Assembly (NCBI GenBank): GCA_944338265.1 | Contig: CALVLO010000001.1 | Coordinates: 1-30,204, forward strand | Source of the DNA: an uncultured Clostridia bacterium | GTDB lineage: Bacteria > Bacillota > Clostridia > Christensenellales > Borkfalkiaceae | Direction: 5' to 3' | Length of the DNA stretch: 30,204 nucleotides | In this document: piece after piece, positions 25,429 to 30,204 of the stretch | Layout: each line of letters begins with the position of its first letter | Numbering within the stretch: position 1 is the stretch's first letter | Position numbers and translations under genes: made by a program | Notes under the pieces: generated by a model | Told to the model about the DNA's origin: nothing | Database searches by the model: none | What the model saw: only the letters and a program-made list of their open reading frames with translations

Positions 25429-26742
25429 TTAGTTTTTCCTGTAAATGCACGCCGTGTGCGGCGGCAGATAAATATCGTTGAGGTTGCGCACCTGCCCGCT
25501 CAAAAGGTCGGTCCCCTCCGCCTCCTCCACGCGCACGGTACAGTCGCCATCGCCGATATTGACGGCGACGATCACCTTCTCCCCGTTCCACTCCCGCACG
25601 AAGGAAAAGTTCGTGTTCATGCACGTCGCCTTTGCGTAGCTCCCGTAGCTGAGCGCGGGGCACGCCTTTCGGATGGCGGCAAGCTTTTGGATGTGCGCGG
25701 TGAGCGCGGGGCAGGCGGTACGGTCGATCTCGTCGATGCAGGGGCGGAGCTTATAGTCAAGATCGGACTTATCCCCCTCCGCGCCGTACTCCGAGCCGTA
25801 ATAGAGGCAGGGGATGCCGGGCATCGTAAAGAGCAGTGTGTACAAATTGGGCAAATTCGCCCTGTTTCTGAGGGCGGTCGCGGCGCGCTCGACATCGTGA
25901 TTATCTACAAAATTCAAAAGGTGCTTACCCTTGAAGAGCGCCCACGGCGTATCGGCGAACAGGCGGCTCATGGAGTGCTCGATCTCGAAGAGGTTGCCCG
26001 AGTTGAACGCCGAGACCATGCTGCGGAAGCCCTCGTAATTGGTGATGGAATCGAGGCGCGCGGGGCAGACGTTCTGCTGAAAATTGTTGTTGTGGATGAC
26101 CTCGCCAACGAGGAAAAATTCCGCCTTCTCCGCATTCACCGTGCGGCGCAAGAGCTCCATGAACCACGGCGGGAGCAGATAGCTCACATCCAGCCGAAGC
26201 CCGTCGATGCCGAACGTGCGGATCCAAAAGCGCACTGCGTCCATGAGGTAGTTTTGCACATCCTGATTTTCCAGCCGCAGTTTGACGAGTTCGGGATGCC
26301 CCTCCCAATTCTCGTAATCCAGCCCGTCGTTATAGCGGGAATTGCCCCAAAAATTGATGTTGAACCAAAAGCGGTAGTCGGTGCCCTCGCGCTTTTCGAG
26401 CACTTCTGAAAAGGGCGCAAAGCGCCTGCCGACGTGGTTGAACACGCCGTCCAGCACGACGCGGATGCCCGCCGCGTGCAGCTTTTCCACGAGCGCTTTG
26501 AACTCCTCGTTGGTGCCGAGGCGGCGGTCCACCCGAAAAAAGTCCACCGTATCGTAGCCGTGGCGCTCGCTCTCGAAGAGCGGATTCAGCAGCAGCGCGC
26601 CCACGCCGAGCGCTTTGAGGCGGGGGATCTCCGCCTCGATCTTGTGCAGGCGGTGGCGCGTTTCGCCGAAGTCGTTCTCGCGCTCCGCCCCGCAAAACCC
26701 GAGCGGGTAGATCTGGTAAAATACGCTTTCTTCAAACCACAT
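25429..26742 (-). CDS. GH13 alpha-amylase family (cyclomaltodextrinase/neopullulanase-like)
   Basis: HGYDTVDF, DGVFNH, GLRLDV, GEVIH and FVDNHD catalytic regions. Own promoter TTGCAA (26803-26798), 17 bp, TACAAT (26780-26775). Confidence 0.9.
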   Translation of the reverse strand: MWFEESVFYQIYPLGFCGAERENDFGETRHRLHKIEAEIPRLKALGVGALLLNPLFESERHGYDTVDFFRVDRRLGTNEEFKALVEKLHAAGIRVVLDGVFNHVGRRFAPFSEVLEKREGTDYRFWFNINFWGNSRYNDGLDYENWEGHPELVKLRLENQDVQNYLMDAVRFWIRTFGIDGLRLDVSYLLPPWFMELLRRTVNAEKAEFFLVGEVIHNNNFQQNVCPARLDSITNYEGFRSMVSAFNSGNLFEIEHSMSRLFADTPWALFKGKHLLNFVDNHDVERAATALRNRANLPNLYTLLFTMPGIPCLYYGSEYGAEGDKSDLDYKLRPCIDEIDRTACPALTAHIQKLAAIRKACPALSYGSYAKATCMNTNFSFVREWNGEKVIVAVNIGDGDCTVRVEEAEGTDLLSGQVRNLNDIYLPPHTACIYRKN

Positions 26743-26811
26743 ATGCGTTCTTCCTCCTTGGCAGCACAACGCCTATTGTAGCACAGCGGGCTCCGCTTTG
26801 CAAGGGGGTTT

Positions 26812-29196
26812 TTACAAATTTTCCTGCAAATTTTGCGCCTTTTGCGCCGCATGCGTCTTGGCGATCGCGGAAAGGATCTCCGCCGCGTTACGTTGCAGCT
26901 CGCCGAGCGTGATACCACCCTTTTTGCCGAGCGATGCAAGCAGCGTGCCGTCCGGCTTGCGCCTGCCGAGATACCCGCCGCCCGGCATGAGCACGTTGAC
27001 GCCCGCACGCACGCGGTAGGCGTTCACCTTTAAGCGGGGGAACTCCGGACAGCGGGCGGGGCGCATGTACCAATCGGTGATGACGCAGCCATCGAACCCC
27101 CACTCGCCGCGCAAGATCCCGCGCACGAGCTCAAAGTGATAGTGTGCCCAAACGCCGTTGACCTTGTTGTATGAGGTCATGAGAAAATGCGGCTTCCCCT
27201 CCCGCACGCAGATCTCGAACGCGCGCAGATGCAGCTCGCGCAGCGCCCGCTCGGAGAGGCGGGAATCGTTATAGTTGCGGTTAAATTCCTGATCGTTGCA
27301 GGCAAAATGTTTGGGGCAGGCGGAGACGCCCGCCGCCTGTACGCCGCGCACCGCCGCCGCGGCGAGCTTGCCCGTGAGGTAGGGATCTTCCGAATAGTAT
27401 TCGAAATTCCTCCCGCACAGCGGGCTGCGGTGCAGATCGAGCGCGGGCGCGAGCAAAACGTCGGAGCCGAGCACCTTCATCTCCTCCCCCACGGCGCGGT
27501 AGACTTCCTCTATGAGGCGGACATCAAAGCTGCACGCGAGCAGCGTGCCGATGGGCAGCAGCGAAGCCGAAGCGTGCAGACGGATGCCGGAGGGTCCGTC
27601 CGTCAGCGTGACGGGCGGCACGCCCTTTTCGCGCAGGGAGGGAAGCACTCCGCCGAGCACGCCCGCATTGCCGCTTGCGCCGAGCGGGCTGTTCATTGTA
27701 TAATCCCCGCGGGAGATCGCCTCCAACTCCTCTTGATTGAGCTGTGCGGCAAACTGCGCCGCGCTCGCCCCGCCGGAAAGGACATCTTCGAACGTGCACG
27801 CCTCCCCCGCCGCAAGCGGCGCGGGAAGATCGCGCAGCATCGCACTGCGGACATCTTGCGAAGCCGTCCGCACGGACATGGTGCCCCCGTTTTGCGTGAG
27901 CACGGGAAAGCAAACGCGCGGCGCGCCCTGTTCGGAGCACTGCTCGAAGATGCGCTCCTCCAGCACGAAAGAGCCGATCTTTTCCGCCGAACACACGTCG
28001 CCGCCCACATACAGCTCGTACTCGCCCCTTTGCATCACCCAAGCAGAGCGCGCGCTGTCGTACACGCACAGATCGCGCTCATCGATGGGGATAACGCACG
28101 CCTCGCATGCCCCGGGCGCGAGCAGCCCCGTCTTGCAAAAGCCGATGAGTTCGCGGGCGGGCGTCTCGACGGGCGCGGACGGCTTTTTCACAAAGAGGGT
28201 GACGACCTCCCGCCCCGCGCATGCTCCCGTATTTATTACCTTCACGCGGACGCAGCCCTCCCCGAGCGCCGCCTCCCGCGAAAAGGAGGTATAGCTCAGC
28301 CCGTGGGCAAAGGGAAAGAGCGGCATCTTCCCGAAGGTGGAAAAATAGCGGTAACCGACGTAAATATCCTCGAAATACTCGTTGTACTTGACGCCGCCGA
28401 AGTGCCCCGCGGTGGGGTGATCCGCATAGCGGCGCACGGCGGTATCCGAGAGCCTGCCGCAGGGCGAGACCTTGCCGAGCAGCAGATCGGCACAGGCATT
28501 GCCCGCCTCCATGCCGCCCTGCCAGATGAGGAGCGCCGCGCCGATCTTCTCCTCTTCGAGAAAGGAAAGATCGATGAGGTTCCCCACATTGAGCACGACG
28601 GCGACGCGGCGGAACGCGCCCGTCACGCGGGAAAGGAGCTCTTCTTCCTCGCGGGTGAGACAGTAGCTGCCGCCCTTGAGCTCGTTTTCGCGGTCCTCGC
28701 CCGCCGCTCTGCCGAGGACGACGACGGCGGTATCCGCCTCGGCAGCGCTTGCACGGAGCAGCTCCTCCGAAAGCGGCATCTCGGGATAGCTCCTCTGCCA
28801 TGCGCCCCAGCCCTTATCTGCAATTGGATGCGCCGCCGACCAAGCCTCGTATGCCGCGGCGAGCGCGGAAACAAGCGGCGCGTTTGCGTTGCGGAGACCT
28901 TTGAGGATGCTCACCGCATACCGCCGCCTGACGTCGCCGCCCGAGCCGTAGCCCGCATAGAAGGTATCTGACTGTACCCGCCCGAAGAGCGCAAACTTGC
29001 CCTTCAGGGGAAGGGTGCCGTCGTTTTTGAGCAGCACCGCGCCCTCCGCCGCTGCACGGCGCAAGAGCGCCGCCGTTGCGGGATCGCCCGCCTCCGCCCC
29101 GTCCTGCACGTTCTGCGCCTGCGCGAGCTTGTTATCCGCAAACTTAAAATAGATGCGTGCCATCATGTGAAAGAGTTTTTGCCTGAGTTTCCCCAT
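26812..29196 (-). CDS. GH3 beta-glucosidase with permuted domain order
   Basis: AAEGAVLLKN C-domain first, then Fn3-like, then TDGPSGIR, GRNFEYYSEDP, KHFACN, MTSYN and VITDW. Promoter TTGACA (29243-29238), 17 bp, TACAAT (29220-29215). Confidence 0.9.
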   Translation of the reverse strand: MGKLRQKLFHMMARIYFKFADNKLAQAQNVQDGAEAGDPATAALLRRAAAEGAVLLKNDGTLPLKGKFALFGRVQSDTFYAGYGSGGDVRRRYAVSILKGLRNANAPLVSALAAAYEAWSAAHPIADKGWGAWQRSYPEMPLSEELLRASAAEADTAVVVLGRAAGEDRENELKGGSYCLTREEEELLSRVTGAFRRVAVVLNVGNLIDLSFLEEEKIGAALLIWQGGMEAGNACADLLLGKVSPCGRLSDTAVRRYADHPTAGHFGGVKYNEYFEDIYVGYRYFSTFGKMPLFPFAHGLSYTSFSREAALGEGCVRVKVINTGACAGREVVTLFVKKPSAPVETPARELIGFCKTGLLAPGACEACVIPIDERDLCVYDSARSAWVMQRGEYELYVGGDVCSAEKIGSFVLEERIFEQCSEQGAPRVCFPVLTQNGGTMSVRTASQDVRSAMLRDLPAPLAAGEACTFEDVLSGGASAAQFAAQLNQEELEAISRGDYTMNSPLGASGNAGVLGGVLPSLREKGVPPVTLTDGPSGIRLHASASLLPIGTLLACSFDVRLIEEVYRAVGEEMKVLGSDVLLAPALDLHRSPLCGRNFEYYSEDPYLTGKLAAAAVRGVQAAGVSACPKHFACNDQEFNRNYNDSRLSERALRELHLRAFEICVREGKPHFLMTSYNKVNGVWAHYHFELVRGILRGEWGFDGCVITDWYMRPARCPEFPRLKVNAYRVRAGVNVLMPGGGYLGRRKPDGTLLASLGKKGGITLGELQRNAAEILSAIAKTHAAQKAQNLQENL

Positions 29197-29334
29197 ATTC
29201 GCACCTCTTGCGCCATTGTAACATATGCGGGCGGCAATGTCAAGGCGGGCAAAATGGTGCGCCTGCGCCCCTTCCCGCTTGCTTTTTGCGCCCGCACATG
29301 CTATGATAGAGGTATATCCGCCAAGGAGATCTGC

Positions 29335-30204
29335 ATGAAAGACTTTTTACGCTTCCTCGAAACTACCTATACGCCCTATCAGGCAGTGGAAAATGCCCGC
29401 GCGCTGCTCACGGCACACGGATTTTGCGAACTTCCGGAACACGCGCCGTGGGACATTGCGGCGGGCGGGAAATACTTCGCCGTCCGCGGCGGGAGCGCCC
29501 TTATCGCCTTCACCGCGGGCGATGCGCGCGGCGGCTTTAAGATCGCGGCGAGCCACGCCGATTCCCCCTGCCTCAAACTCAAAGAGGGCAGCGTGCTTTC
29601 GGACGGGCACGCCGTCCGCCTCAATGCCGAGCCCTACGGCGGCGGCATCTGGCACACCTTCTTCGACCGCCCGCTCCGCATTGCGGGGCGCGTGGTGCGC
29701 AGGGAGGGCGATGCACTCCGCACCCAAGCTTATGCGAGCGACTTTTATGTCTCCCTCCCCTCTCTCGCCATCCACCTCGACCGCGACGTGAACGAAAAAT
29801 TTGCGCCGAACATGCAGGAAGCCCTCCCCCTCCTTGCGCTGAGCGGGCAGGGGGGCGCCGTTCTTCCCGAAGACGCCGTTGCAGCCGATCTGTATGCCGT
29901 CTGCGCGGAAAAGCCATATCTTTGGGGCGCGGACGGAGCGTTCCTTTCTGCGCCCCGCCTCGATGACCTCGCGAGCGCCTATGCTTCGCTGCACACCCTT
30001 GCCGCGGCGAAGGCAGAGGGCATCTGCATTGCCGCCGTGCTCGACGGCGAAGAGATCGGTTCCCGCACGCGGCAGGGCGCGGGCGGAGACTTTTTGCGCA
30101 CCGTTTTGCGCCGCATTGCCGCCGCGCAGGGGCTCTCCGAAGAAGAATATGCCGCGGCGCTCGCCGCTTCCTTCTGCCTCTCCATCGACAATGCGCAGGG
30201 GTAT
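29335..30204 (+). CDS. apeB: M18 family (aspartyl) aminopeptidase, 3'-partial
   Basis: Manual translation: MKDFLRFLETTYTPYQAV...ASHADSP...EPYGG..WHTFFDRPLRIAGRV...SLAIHL...RLDD...DGEEIGS. RBS AAGGAG; promoter TTGCTT (29279), 17 bp, TATGAT (29302). Open to the window edge. Confidence 0.88.
   Translation, partial: MKDFLRFLETTYTPYQAVENARALLTAHGFCELPEHAPWDIAAGGKYFAVRGGSALIAFTAGDARGGFKIAASHADSPCLKLKEGSVLSDGHAVRLNAEPYGGGIWHTFFDRPLRIAGRVVRREGDALRTQAYASDFYVSLPSLAIHLDRDVNEKFAPNMQEALPLLALSGQGGAVLPEDAVAADLYAVCAEKPYLWGADGAFLSAPRLDDLASAYASLHTLAAAKAEGICIAAVLDGEEIGSRTRQGAGGDFLRTVLRRIAAAQGLSEEEYAAALAASFCLSIDNAQGY

Noticed and set aside
27187-28971. 594-aa + strand ORF
   Set aside because: In-register antisense shadow of the GH3 gene.

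Overview
High-GC, Clostridia-like Firmicute chromosome segment (taxon inferred from gene content and promoter style). Positions 1 to ~4330 are the AT-rich right end of a decayed integrative island that appears to be inserted in a tRNA-Thr(GGT) gene. A 58-nt 3' tRNA fragment (attR-like) lies at 4272-4329, preceded by putative integrase arm-site repeats. The island carries, in one minus-strand run, an intact AbiEi/AbiEii type IV TA/Abi pair, an intact type I CBASS (CdnE-like CD-NTase + Cap15-like 2TM-beta-barrel effector), a truncated type I hsdR, and an out-of-frame junction of two different tyrosine recombinase fragments. The rest is core-like: a GNAT-like acyltransferase, GH27 alpha-galactosidase coupled to a small Cys-rich protein, AraC, YitT, Re-citrate synthase, an Opp ABC operon in which OppA/C/D/F are enlarged, feoA-feoA-feoB-Cys-rich with a thrice-repeated palindromic operator candidate, an ATP-grasp ligase, a YghO/ceramide-synthase-like GNAT, GH13, a domain-permuted GH3 and a partial M18 aminopeptidase missing from the ORF track. 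Family assignments come from motif recognition only; no searches were run.
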